Below are positions 1 through 8,462 of a DNA stretch of 49,962 nt, piece after piece. The DNA is taken from assembly GCA_964587465.1 (NCBI GenBank), contig CAZPLH010000001.1, forward strand, positions 1-49,962. Reading direction: 5' to 3'. The stretch's first letter is position 1; every line of letters begins with the position of its first letter. The translations under genes were made by a program, and so were the position numbers. Below the pieces are notes generated by a model. It had not been told where the DNA came from and did not search any database. It saw only the letters and a program-made list of their open reading frames with translations. This stretch comes from an uncultured Candidatus Saccharibacteria bacterium. Lineage in GTDB: Bacteria; Patescibacteriota; Saccharimonadia; Saccharimonadales; CAIOMD01.

Positions 1-551
1 TCTTTATACGTGCCTTCCTTGCCTTCAACGCCATAGTTTCCAACAGCATATTGGTCGAACGGCTCACCACCCTTTGTGCGACAGTAACTTAACAGGCCTA
101 TTTTTCCTTTGTAGGTAAATACATAGCGTGGGTCTGGTTCGAAAAAAGCTGTATCGCCGCGACCGCCACGAGAAATCTGGAACACTTGGTGAAAGAACAC
201 CCGAATTTGTCGTTCTTGGGGCAAGAGGTTAGTAATTTTCAGTGTTCGAATAAAGGCGTCAATGGTAGAGTCGACAAAATCAGTTAGCTGTAGCCTAAGC
301 CCCAGCGTATTATTTAGCAGCTCGACATTGGTAATAAGTGCGTTATCTTCTACGCTGTAAGTAACCGACCACGCGTTATCATCAACCCAGCTGAATGTAC
401 CATCAACCCAAATACCGATTTTGTGGCTGAGGCTTCGCGCGGTTGTTAAGTTGTCTTGGCCGACATACGGGTAATAAAAATCGTGTACGAGACCACGTTC
501 ATCAAGCCCAACCAACAGGCGCCCGTTACTGAGTATGAGCGGCCGACCCAT
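1..551 (-). CDS. Glycoside hydrolase family 15 (glucoamylase/glucodextranase-like), N-terminal part only; truncated by the window edge
   Basis: Hand translation of the reverse strand from ATG at 551-549 is open to position 1 (MGRPLILSNGRLLVGLDERGLVHDFYYPYVGQDN...FDQYAVGNYGVEGKEGTY). This is the GH15 N-domain pattern. The start overlaps the upstream stop as TAATG. Confidence 0.6.
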   Translation of the reverse strand, partial: MGRPLILSNGRLLVGLDERGLVHDFYYPYVGQDNLTTARSLSHKIGIWVDGTFSWVDDNAWSVTYSVEDNALITNVELLNNTLGLRLQLTDFVDSTIDAFIRTLKITNLLPQERQIRVFFHQVFQISRGGRGDTAFFEPDPRYVFTYKGKIGLLSYCRTKGGEPFDQYAVGNYGVEGKEGTYK

Positions 552-1774
552 TAGGTTTGAATTCCTTTTTCGGCAAGCCTAAATTGCAAATCGTGCCAAG
601 CGTTCATGAAATTAGTGAAAGCCTCGTATGGTGTTTTGTACGGGCTAAAGTAGGCGTGCACGTCGCCGTCGCTAAACCATTTGGTGCACATGTAATAAAA
701 ATGATCACTAGTCTGTAATTTTCGCCAATCTTCTATAAGCGACCAGTCGCCACTACTTGTTATAGCTTGTTCAAGCGCATAGAGCGCGCTAATAGCTTGC
801 TGCTGCATGCCGTTACCAAGCCATGCCGTTAAATCGCGCTCGTTGTCGGCCCAGGTAATGGTTCGCGGGATGTCCATGTCGCCAACTGGCTCGAACGTGT
901 CAATCGCCTCACTAATGGTCATAAACGTACGGTTTTCGCGGGTGTTTATCCAAGCTTCGGGCAAGGCTTTTAAGAAGTCAAAAATACCGCTCTCGGCCCA
1001 TTGGTGTTCACCGAACGTCTCGTAGTCCATGAACAGGTTAAAAGTTTGAGCGTTATCGCCAGCAGCACCCAGCCAGTGCGCGAACTTATCAGCGGTAAGT
1101 GGCCACTCACTCCAGTTTTGGTCACCAAACCTAAAGGCGACATCGTCGCTTAAGTGGTAATTCTTCATAAGCAGACGAATGTTTTGCGTCCCTGTTGGGC
1201 GGTAGACGTAGTTGGGGCTTCTCCACTCTAGTATTGGATCCCAGCCTTCGGTAATTATGCCTTTGTAGCCAGCTTGGTCGGCCCATGCTGCAAGCTCGTT
1301 GTTATAGCTGAGCTCGGTGTTACGGAATACTTTAGGCGTCTGCCCAAACACGGCTTCGATTTTTTCGCGGTGCATTTGCACCTGTGCTTCAAATTCGCTG
1401 CGCGAATAAAAGAACGCCAAGCTGTGGTGATACGTTTCCGCAACAATTTCAACCCGGCCTGTAGCAACCAGTTGCTTGAACGATTCAAGCACATCGGGCG
1501 CCCAGGCTTCGAGTTGCTCAATAAGTGTCCCGGTAATAGATAAGCTAATTTTAAATTCGGGGTAGCGGTGCATCAGTTCAAGTAACGCATGGTTCGTGGG
1601 CAGATACGATTTGTGCGCCACTTTGTCGATGATAAAGCGGTTATTCGTGTCTACGCCAGGGGCTTCATCGTTGAAGTAATTGTGGTCATTGCCCGCATTA
1701 AAAATAGTGTAATGCTTAATGCGGTACGGCTGGTGCGCGTGTAAGTACAGCGTTATTGCTTGTGGCGCGCTCAT
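551..1774 (-). CDS. Glycoside hydrolase family 57 protein (alpha-amylase/branching-enzyme-like)
   Basis: 407-aa ORF. N-terminus 'LYLHAHQPYR' and the overall GH57 pattern. ATGA overlap with the upstream GT4 gene. Confidence 0.8.
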   Translation of the reverse strand: MSAPQAITLYLHAHQPYRIKHYTIFNAGNDHNYFNDEAPGVDTNNRFIIDKVAHKSYLPTNHALLELMHRYPEFKISLSITGTLIEQLEAWAPDVLESFKQLVATGRVEIVAETYHHSLAFFYSRSEFEAQVQMHREKIEAVFGQTPKVFRNTELSYNNELAAWADQAGYKGIITEGWDPILEWRSPNYVYRPTGTQNIRLLMKNYHLSDDVAFRFGDQNWSEWPLTADKFAHWLGAAGDNAQTFNLFMDYETFGEHQWAESGIFDFLKALPEAWINTRENRTFMTISEAIDTFEPVGDMDIPRTITWADNERDLTAWLGNGMQQQAISALYALEQAITSSGDWSLIEDWRKLQTSDHFYYMCTKWFSDGDVHAYFSPYKTPYEAFTNFMNAWHDLQFRLAEKGIQT

Positions 1775-3006
1775 GAGGTAGCTCCGGTGTTAATACGCTG
1801 GTGGTGGTATTCGTAGGCGCCAAGCATTTTATTCGCAGCGCCTTCCCAGGACATGCGCAAAAATTCAGCATAGCTTTGCTTTAACAACTCATCACGGTAG
1901 GAATCGTTTTGGACAACCGCAGTTATTTGGTTAGCCATTTCGTTGATGTCCCAAAAGTCTACCTTGATGCAGTTTTTAAGTACTTCAGACACTCCCGATT
2001 GGTTGCTGACAAGCACCGGCGTGCCGTAAATAATTGCTTCGAGCGGCGTAAGGCCAAATGGCTCGCTGACACTAGGCATAACAAACAAATCAGCTATTGC
2101 AAAAGCATCACGCAAGCGTTTGCCTCGCTGGAAATCGGTAAAGATAACGTTTTTGGCTATGCCAAGTTCAGCCGAAAGTTGTAATAGTTCGGTGTATTGC
2201 TCGCCAGAGCCAACAATCAAAAATATGGTTTTTGGCGCGCGGTATACCACTTCTTTTGCGGCAAGCAGTAAATTGTACAAGCCTTTTTGTACCGTTAAGC
2301 GGCCAATATTGGTAACCACTCGGTAGCCGTTTTGCTTCATGACTTCTAGGTAGCGGTATGCGTTATTTGGGTCGAGGTTTTCATAGGCATCTATGTCGAT
2401 GCTATTGTGCACGACCTCAATCTTGCTTTCAGGAATGTCGTATTCGCGCGTGATTATATCTTTAGTGAGTTGGCTAACCGCAAGCACGCGGTCGGCAAGC
2501 AGCAAGCCCATGTACTCAATTTCGTGCACTAACGGATTACCGCTCTTACCGCCAGCACGGTCGAACTCGGTTGCGTGCACGTGCGCAATAAGCGGTTTGC
2601 CGCTAATTTCTTTGGCGCGTAACGCTGCCCTAAAGGTAAGCCAGTCGTGTGCATGAATAATGTCGAATTCGCCTAAAGTGGCGATTTGTTCAACTGCTTG
2701 TACGTAATTTTCGGTGTGTGTAAATAAATCGACGTCTTTTTGCGAACCATCCGGCAAGGTGTACTTAAAACTGTCGTAGGCAATGCCGCTTTTTTGAATG
2801 TCGCGTGCCGATACTGGCAGAGCAGGCGTAACGCGCATAAACTGAATGTCGGAATGCGAAGCAGTGTAGGGCACAATAAACTCAATATCGACACCCTGCG
2901 ATGCTAAGGCTTTGCACATTTGGTAGCAGGCTACTCCAAGGCCACCGCTGTTATGCGGAGGCAGTTCCCACCCGAGCATCAGTACCCTCATTGGCCTCTT
3001 TTTCAT
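1771..3006 (-). CDS. Glycosyltransferase family 4 (glycogen-synthase-like, GT-B fold)
   Basis: 411-aa ORF with 'GGLGV' near the N-terminus and C-terminal 'PSVSEPFGLTPLEA' (E-x7-E type GT-B motif). First gene of a GT4-GH57-GH15 operon. Confidence 0.8.
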   Translation of the reverse strand: MKKRPMRVLMLGWELPPHNSGGLGVACYQMCKALASQGVDIEFIVPYTASHSDIQFMRVTPALPVSARDIQKSGIAYDSFKYTLPDGSQKDVDLFTHTENYVQAVEQIATLGEFDIIHAHDWLTFRAALRAKEISGKPLIAHVHATEFDRAGGKSGNPLVHEIEYMGLLLADRVLAVSQLTKDIITREYDIPESKIEVVHNSIDIDAYENLDPNNAYRYLEVMKQNGYRVVTNIGRLTVQKGLYNLLLAAKEVVYRAPKTIFLIVGSGEQYTELLQLSAELGIAKNVIFTDFQRGKRLRDAFAIADLFVMPSVSEPFGLTPLEAIIYGTPVLVSNQSGVSEVLKNCIKVDFWDINEMANQITAVVQNDSYRDELLKQSYAEFLRMSWEGAANKMLGAYEYHHQRINTGATS

Positions 3007-3137
3007 TTTAATTTCTATTACTTGATATTATAGGTGGTAACAGATGAAAAGCACAACCGTTTTATAGTAGATTTTTAGCTTAAAATATGTCGTTACCACG
3101 AAGTTAAAGAAATGCCGTATAATTTGCCCTAAGAACC

Positions 3138-3938
3138 ATGACAATAATCACAAATTATTTTAAGTCTCGTGAGCAAGCTGGGCAGCTTTTAGCCGAAAAA
3201 TTAGCTAAATATCGATACGAAGACGTTATTGTATTGGCGTTAAGCGAGGGCGGAGTGGTTGTAGGTGCTGAAATTGCCAAGTCGCTTCACGCGCTTATTG
3301 CAATGTTGCTTACAAAAGACGTGTATTTGCCGGATGGTCGTACCCTTATGGGTGTGGTAAACGAGCAGGGTGGTTTTGTATATAACGACGCATTCAGCAG
3401 TGGCGAAATTGAAGAATTCGAAAGCGAATACCACGAGGTTATACAAACCGCCAAGTTTAATGCTTTGCATGAGTTGCACGTTGCGCTAGGGCAGGGCGGT
3501 ATTTTGTCTAAAGAATATTTTCGGAATCGTGTTGTCATTTGTGTTGCAGACAGTGCCTTTAATGGCCTTACCTTTGACATTGCCTACGATTTTTTAAAAA
3601 CCGTACAAATACAAAAGCTTGTTATGGTTTCGCCGCTTGCAACCGTACAGGCTGTAGACAAGCTGCATGTTTTAGCCGATGAAATTGATATTTTGTCGGT
3701 TACTGAATACCCACAAGATGTTGACCATTATTACAGCGATACCAAGACTCCAGAACATAGCGTCATACTCGAAACGTTGAACGATATTGTTTTGCAGTGG
3801 CAGAATGACGAAAAAAAGAAGCACGCAAAAGATAACCCGTATATGGCAAGTGTCAATAAAGCGTTGAAAGTACAAAAACCAGCAACTACAAAGCCTGCAA
3901 CGCGCCAAGTTAAACGTTCGTTACTCGAAAACAGCTAA
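3138..3938 (+). CDS. Phosphoribosyltransferase-domain protein (divergent PRPP loop) with a Lys-rich tail
   Basis: N-terminus 'FKSREQAGQLLAEKL...VIVLALSEGGVVVGAEIA' is typical of the predicted-PRTase family. The second loop 'VVICVADSAFNGLTF' is degenerate. TATAAT at 3118-3123. Confidence 0.55.
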   Translation: MTIITNYFKSREQAGQLLAEKLAKYRYEDVIVLALSEGGVVVGAEIAKSLHALIAMLLTKDVYLPDGRTLMGVVNEQGGFVYNDAFSSGEIEEFESEYHEVIQTAKFNALHELHVALGQGGILSKEYFRNRVVICVADSAFNGLTFDIAYDFLKTVQIQKLVMVSPLATVQAVDKLHVLADEIDILSVTEYPQDVDHYYSDTKTPEHSVILETLNDIVLQWQNDEKKKHAKDNPYMASVNKALKVQKPATTKPATRQVKRSLLENS

Positions 3939-4000
3939 ATTTGTATTGCCCGAATATTAAATTTGCCGTACGGTTTAAGTAGCAAATATAGGAGGCCGCG

Positions 4001-4723
4001 GTGCTTACTGCAATAATCATTTGTTTTGTATATGTGGTTTTTTTACTTGGCATTAGTAAGCTATTTAAAGTTAATTACACCGAAATTATTAAAACCACCA
4101 ACAACATTAAACGCGGCCTTATTTACACGGTTGGCATTTGTACCGTATTGCTTACGGCGTTTGCTTATGCGTTCGATTGGCTTCCGGGCGTGCTTTCGTA
4201 TAGCCCGCGACTCGATAAGCCTATTTTATGGATTATTCCAGCACTTGTGCTAATCGGTGCAATTTGGCGCTTTACGCACGCTAAATGGAAGTCGTTTACT
4301 CCAGAAGGCGTGTTTTTCCTCGTATTTGGCGCATTTTTGGTAGGTTTTTCAGAAGAGCTGCTTGTTCGCGGTATTGTCGCGGGCTCGTTATTCGACCATG
4401 GCTTTTCGCTTTTTTGGGTAGCGGTACTTTCGTCGTTATTTTTTGGACTTGCGCACAGTGTTAATTACTTTAATGGGCAAGACGCTAAAACAACTGCAGG
4501 CCAAGTGCTGATGACAACCTTTTTTGGTTTAAACTTCTTTATTGCGTACGTAATTAGCGGGACACTTTGGCTGCCAATATTTTTACATTTTATTCACGAC
4601 TTAAGCATTTTTTCTCAGGGTGGCGAAATTAATGCCGAAAAAGACGACACGCAAAAAGGCGAGATGTACATCGTGCTTGCTTTAGTAATATTGCCGCTGT
4701 TAGGATTGTTCTTCTTAATTTAG
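4001..4723 (+). CDS. CPBP family intramembrane glutamic endopeptidase (CAAX protease/Abi family)
   Basis: Motifs 'FSEELLVRG', 'FGLAHSVNY' and 'LHFIHDL' in a polytopic membrane protein. GTG start. Confidence 0.75.
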   Translation: MLTAIIICFVYVVFLLGISKLFKVNYTEIIKTTNNIKRGLIYTVGICTVLLTAFAYAFDWLPGVLSYSPRLDKPILWIIPALVLIGAIWRFTHAKWKSFTPEGVFFLVFGAFLVGFSEELLVRGIVAGSLFDHGFSLFWVAVLSSLFFGLAHSVNYFNGQDAKTTAGQVLMTTFFGLNFFIAYVISGTLWLPIFLHFIHDLSIFSQGGEINAEKDDTQKGEMYIVLALVILPLLGLFFLI

Positions 4724-4797
4724 CCGTCACTTAATCGATGCTTACGCATAACCTATTTAGCAAACACAAAAACGAAGAGTCTTATGCGGTGCAGTTT

Positions 4798-5082
4798 TTA
4801 AGCGTATAGAAAAATACCAAAAATAATCAGTAACTCTGAAATCATCCAAAGCAAACTTGTAAGCGCCAAGGGGCGACTTTTTGTGCGTATGCCATAAAAC
4901 AGCCACATACAAGTTGTGCCCAAGTATAAAAGCTGGGAAAGCATTGAAAGAGAAGAGGCGTCTTTACTAGTGTATATCTGAATAATCTGAGGTATTGCTG
5001 TGGCCGGCTCGAAAATTGCCAAGCCTATCATGGCTGATTCAAATACGTAGTGTCTTGTGAAAACTATTTTGTTTTTTGACAT
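4798..5082 (-). CDS. SemiSWEET (PQ-loop, 3-TM) sugar transporter
   Basis: 94 aa with three predicted TM helices. 'ATAIPQIIQIYTSKDASSLS' and 'WLFYGI' match the SemiSWEET PQ-loop pattern. Confidence 0.7.
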   Translation of the reverse strand: MSKNKIVFTRHYVFESAMIGLAIFEPATAIPQIIQIYTSKDASSLSMLSQLLYLGTTCMWLFYGIRTKSRPLALTSLLWMISELLIIFGIFLYA

Positions 5083-5701
5083 TTTTAGCAGTATAACAAA
5101 TTTCGCTATTTTTTATTTTTTCGGCTCGCCAGGCTCGACGTTTGTGCAAAATGTATACCCCAAAGCCGCTCACGGCAGTTACGTATAGCGGAAACGAGAG
5201 TTTGGCTGGGTCAAGCTCGCCCACAGAAACTACGCTTAAAATTGCTGCTACCGTCATAAGGCTCCACGACAATAAGTTTTCGCTGTAGGGCGCCTTCCAT
5301 GCCTTCACGATAGTGAGCCAATAAGCCATAAAATCGACCGCAATGGTAATAAGCAGGGCGAGTACCGGGTTTTTGGTAAACCACCACAGGCCAAGCCCTA
5401 CAATGGTTAAAGCTAAGGCAATAACGTCGTGTTTACCGAATTTACCGTAGCCGTACTTAATGGAAAGTATGGCTACAATTATGTTTGCTACAAAAAATAC
5501 GGCCGTAAATAGCACTGACCATGTTGCCCCAATGGCAAGCTGTGCCAAAACAACAACCGCCATTAAAGCAGACCACACCCACCACGACGAGCGCTCGGGT
5601 TTAGTTTTACCTTTCAAAATACTGGCAATGTATGGGATGAACGCAATGGCATTAACAATTGCCGAACTAATGCCTAAGATTGCTAATGCTTGCGAACTCA
5701 T
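5039..5701 (-). CDS. Seven-TM membrane protein with two PQ-loop-like half repeats
   Basis: 220-aa ORF with about 7 hydrophobic helices. Related segments 'IPYIASILKGKTKPERSSWWVW' and 'WLTIVKAWKAPYSENLLSWSL'. Overlaps the downstream SemiSWEET ORF by 44 nt. Confidence 0.5.
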   Translation of the reverse strand: MSSQALAILGISSAIVNAIAFIPYIASILKGKTKPERSSWWVWSALMAVVVLAQLAIGATWSVLFTAVFFVANIIVAILSIKYGYGKFGKHDVIALALTIVGLGLWWFTKNPVLALLITIAVDFMAYWLTIVKAWKAPYSENLLSWSLMTVAAILSVVSVGELDPAKLSFPLYVTAVSGFGVYILHKRRAWRAEKIKNSEICYTAKNVKKQNSFHKTLRI

Positions 5702-5753
5702 TGGCTAATCATAGCAAACGGCGCTGGCAAGAATAAATTCGCTGCCATCTCTT

Positions 5754-6605
5754 TTATAAAACTATAAACAGTACACCTAGAAAACACACAGCGGCCGCCG
5801 ATAGCTTTAAGGCAATCCTATTGCGTTCTTTAGGCAAGAAAATAAGTGCGAGTAAGACTGTAACAATAATTGAAGTTTGGCGCAACGGAGTAACAATAGT
5901 GAATGTACCTTCTTTGTATGCAAATAACATAGCGAGACTACCTATCGCGTACAATACCCCTAAAAGTAGAAGTTTAGGGAGTAGCTTACCGGTTATAAGC
6001 GGAGCCATTTTGTGAATCGTCGACGGCTTAGCCATAAACGCCACAAATGAAGTACCAATAAAGCTGATTGCCGCCCATGAGAGTCCATCTGTGTGGCGGC
6101 CAACATATGACCAGCTGGTTATGGCGATGCCGAATAAGACACCTGTTAATAGGCCAAGTAGCGTTCCTTTATCGATACTTAGCGAGCGGATATTCTTTAC
6201 TAAAAGGCCAACGCTACTAAAAATCAGTAAGGCGCCAAAAGCCTGCGAGATCGCTAAAGTTTCATTAAACAGGACAATACCAAGTAGCATTATCCAAACA
6301 GCCTGCGTGGCGAATAGTACTGAAAATGCTGATGCCTCAACCAACTGAAGCGTCTTAGCGTAGAATATGTGCCCAAGACCAAATGCCACAATTGACAGTA
6401 TGGCCGGAAGTAAATAGAGGGTAATATTTGGTAGTTCAAAACCGCGGGTTAGGGCAAATGCCATTAAAATAATGCCAACAATTCCCTGGAATACTACAGC
6501 GTATGCGAACGGGTCTGTCTTGTCTTTGTGTATCAAGATTCTTTGGAGCAGCACGGAAAGCGAAAGGCTAAAAACGCTTATTGCTGTCAAGAGTTGCCAT
6601 GTCAT
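5754..6605 (-). CDS. EamA/DMT superfamily transporter
   Basis: 283 aa, 10-TM pattern with two EamA-like halves. Confidence 0.75.
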   Translation of the reverse strand: MTWQLLTAISVFSLSLSVLLQRILIHKDKTDPFAYAVVFQGIVGIILMAFALTRGFELPNITLYLLPAILSIVAFGLGHIFYAKTLQLVEASAFSVLFATQAVWIMLLGIVLFNETLAISQAFGALLIFSSVGLLVKNIRSLSIDKGTLLGLLTGVLFGIAITSWSYVGRHTDGLSWAAISFIGTSFVAFMAKPSTIHKMAPLITGKLLPKLLLLGVLYAIGSLAMLFAYKEGTFTIVTPLRQTSIIVTVLLALIFLPKERNRIALKLSAAAVCFLGVLFIVL

Positions 6606-6854
6606 AATACAGATATCTTACAGCATCGCTTAAGCTTTTAACATAAGCTTCATCATGGGGGGCGGGCAAACTTTCGCCTGCGACAAAAATTGCTATGCAA
6701 TTGCGCAAGGATAAGACAGTGCATTTCGACAAGCTCAGATAATTCGGCACGTGCTCGGTGCAAGCACCTGTGCGCGTGGCTCGTATGTGTACCTGCGATT
6801 TTGCCAGCAAGCTGTCAATCGCAGAACCAAGCATGGCTCCTGGCCAATTCAAAA

Positions 6855-6872
6855 GCCCGACAAACGTCGGGC
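6855..6872 (-). terminator. Rho-independent terminator downstream of tRNA-Trp
   Basis: GCCCGAC-AAAC-GTCGGGC hairpin. On the minus strand it is followed by TTTTGAATT. Confidence 0.6.
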
Positions 6873-6880
6873 CTATGAAT

Positions 6881-6956
6881 TGGCAGGGGAGACAGGACTT
6901 GAACCTGCGACACCTGGTTTTGGAGACCAGTGCTCTACCAACTGAGCTACACCCCT
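6881..6956 (-). tRNA. trnW: tRNA-Trp (anticodon CCA), CCA end encoded
   Basis: The reverse complement folds by hand into a cloverleaf: AGGGGTG TA GCTC AGTTGGTA GAGC A CTGGT CTCCAAA ACCAG GTGTC GCAGG TTCAAGT CCTGT CTCCCCT G CCA. There is one T-T mismatch in the acceptor stem. Confidence 0.9.
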
Positions 6957-6970
6957 AAAAGCCAGACCTA

Positions 6971-6999
6971 ATAGTACGAAATTTACGGCAAAATGCCAA
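6971..6999 (-). promoter_or_regulatory. Putative sigma70-type promoter for tRNA-Trp
   Basis: Minus strand reads TTGGCA - 17 nt - TACTAT. The -10 element lies 14 nt upstream of the mature tRNA 5' end. Confidence 0.45.
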
Positions 7000-7048
7000 G
7001 TAAACTAGCCTTTATTTAAGAGGTAAACAATGCTACACTACTTGACGT

Positions 7049-7714
7049 ATGCATAAAAATCGTCTGTTGCAACCAACGATAATCTACTTCTTAGGAATGC
7101 CCGGTGTGGGCAAAAGCTACGTTGCGCGTCAACTAAGTGACCTTTTAGGTGCTGCGCACGTAAGCAGCGACCGTTTGCGCTACGAACTGTTTGCCGAACC
7201 ACGTTTCGACAAAGGCGAGCACATGGTTATTACGCGCCTTATGGAATACATGACCGAAGAATTCTTGGGCATTGGCCACAGCGTGGTCTACGACATTTCA
7301 GTAAGCCGCCTACAAGACCGCCGCGAACTACGCGAACTTGCGCGTAAAAACAACGCTAAAGAACTACTTATTTGGATTCAGACTGACATGGAACACGCCT
7401 GGAGCCGCGCTCAAACCATTGACCGCCGCAAGCTGGACGACAAATACCGTGCACCAATCGACCGTGCCGTGTTCGAGCAGTACGTGCGCCTTATCCAGAA
7501 CCCGCAACACGAACAGTATCTGGTATTAAGTGGCAAGCAAATGTTCGAAACCCACAAATCGGCAATTTTGCGCCGCTTGAAAGAGATGAATCTGTTAGAT
7601 ACCCAAAACCTTAACCCGCAAGTTGGCAAGCCAGGCTTGGTAAACCTCGTGTCGCAAGCACAGGCGCAAGCGGGTCGTGTTGACCCTAATAGGCGTAATA
7701 TAACGCTCCGGTAA
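7049..7714 (+). CDS. P-loop kinase / AAA_33-like ATP-binding protein
   Basis: Walker A 'GMPGVGKS' close to the N-terminus. About 220 aa, as in zeta-toxin/gluconate-kinase-like small kinases. Confidence 0.6.
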   Translation: MHKNRLLQPTIIYFLGMPGVGKSYVARQLSDLLGAAHVSSDRLRYELFAEPRFDKGEHMVITRLMEYMTEEFLGIGHSVVYDISVSRLQDRRELRELARKNNAKELLIWIQTDMEHAWSRAQTIDRRKLDDKYRAPIDRAVFEQYVRLIQNPQHEQYLVLSGKQMFETHKSAILRRLKEMNLLDTQNLNPQVGKPGLVNLVSQAQAQAGRVDPNRRNITLR

Positions 7715-7724
7715 GCGAATATAC

Positions 7725-8432
7725 ATGGCATCGAAGCAATTCACGCTCGAGTCAATTGGTGAGGTAACAATTTATAAGCGTAAAGGTGTGCGACGCATAA
7801 ATTTACGCATTCAGGGCGGTGCAATTAAAGTAACGCAGCCTGCGTGGTTGCCGTATGCTACGGGTGTGCACTTTGCGCAGTCACAAAAAGAGTGGATTGT
7901 GACAAAGCGCGAACAACAAGCTGACGTTATTATCAAAAATGGCCAAACGTACGGTAAAAAGCACACACTTTATTTTGCAACGAGCACACGGGTCGCCTCT
8001 AAGGTAAGTGAATCGCAAATTATTGTCAGCCACCCTAAGGGCGTGTCAACCGAAAGTGAACACGTGCAACTGGCAGCCAAGCAAGCAATTAAAAAAGCCC
8101 TCAAGCAAGAAGCCGAATTGTTACTACCAAACCGGCTAGACCTTATGGCCAAAACATATAATTTCACCTACAGCAGCGTACGAATCCGCGCCATGCACAC
8201 ACGGTGGGGTAGTTGTACCAACAAAGGTGCAATCAGCCTTAACTTGTATCTTATGATGTTGCCCTGGGAGCTTATTGACTACGTATTACTACACGAGCTA
8301 ACGCACACCAAACACCTGGACCATAGTGCCGCATTTTGGGCGGCATTAGAAGTCGTTATGCCCGACAGTAAAAAACGCCGCGCAGCGTTAAAAAAGATTC
8401 AAGCTAGCATTACGCCACTACAACAAGTTTAG
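7725..8432 (+). CDS. YgjP-like (DUF45) zinc metallopeptidase-fold protein
   Basis: 'RWGSCTNKGAISLNLYLMMLP...LLHELTHTKHLDHSAAFW' is the DUF45/WLM-type HExxH signature. Confidence 0.75.
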   Translation: MASKQFTLESIGEVTIYKRKGVRRINLRIQGGAIKVTQPAWLPYATGVHFAQSQKEWIVTKREQQADVIIKNGQTYGKKHTLYFATSTRVASKVSESQIIVSHPKGVSTESEHVQLAAKQAIKKALKQEAELLLPNRLDLMAKTYNFTYSSVRIRAMHTRWGSCTNKGAISLNLYLMMLPWELIDYVLLHELTHTKHLDHSAAFWAALEVVMPDSKKRRAALKKIQASITPLQQV

Positions 8433-8462
8433 TTTAGCCACGTTGTTGCTATAATAACGCTA

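Noticed and set aside
6606-6854. Possible SRP, 6S or riboswitch RNA upstream of the EamA gene
   Set aside because: I could not find the conserved SRP domain IV motif, or ykkC/guanidine-type or other riboswitch cores I know. It is kept only as an unexplained spacer.
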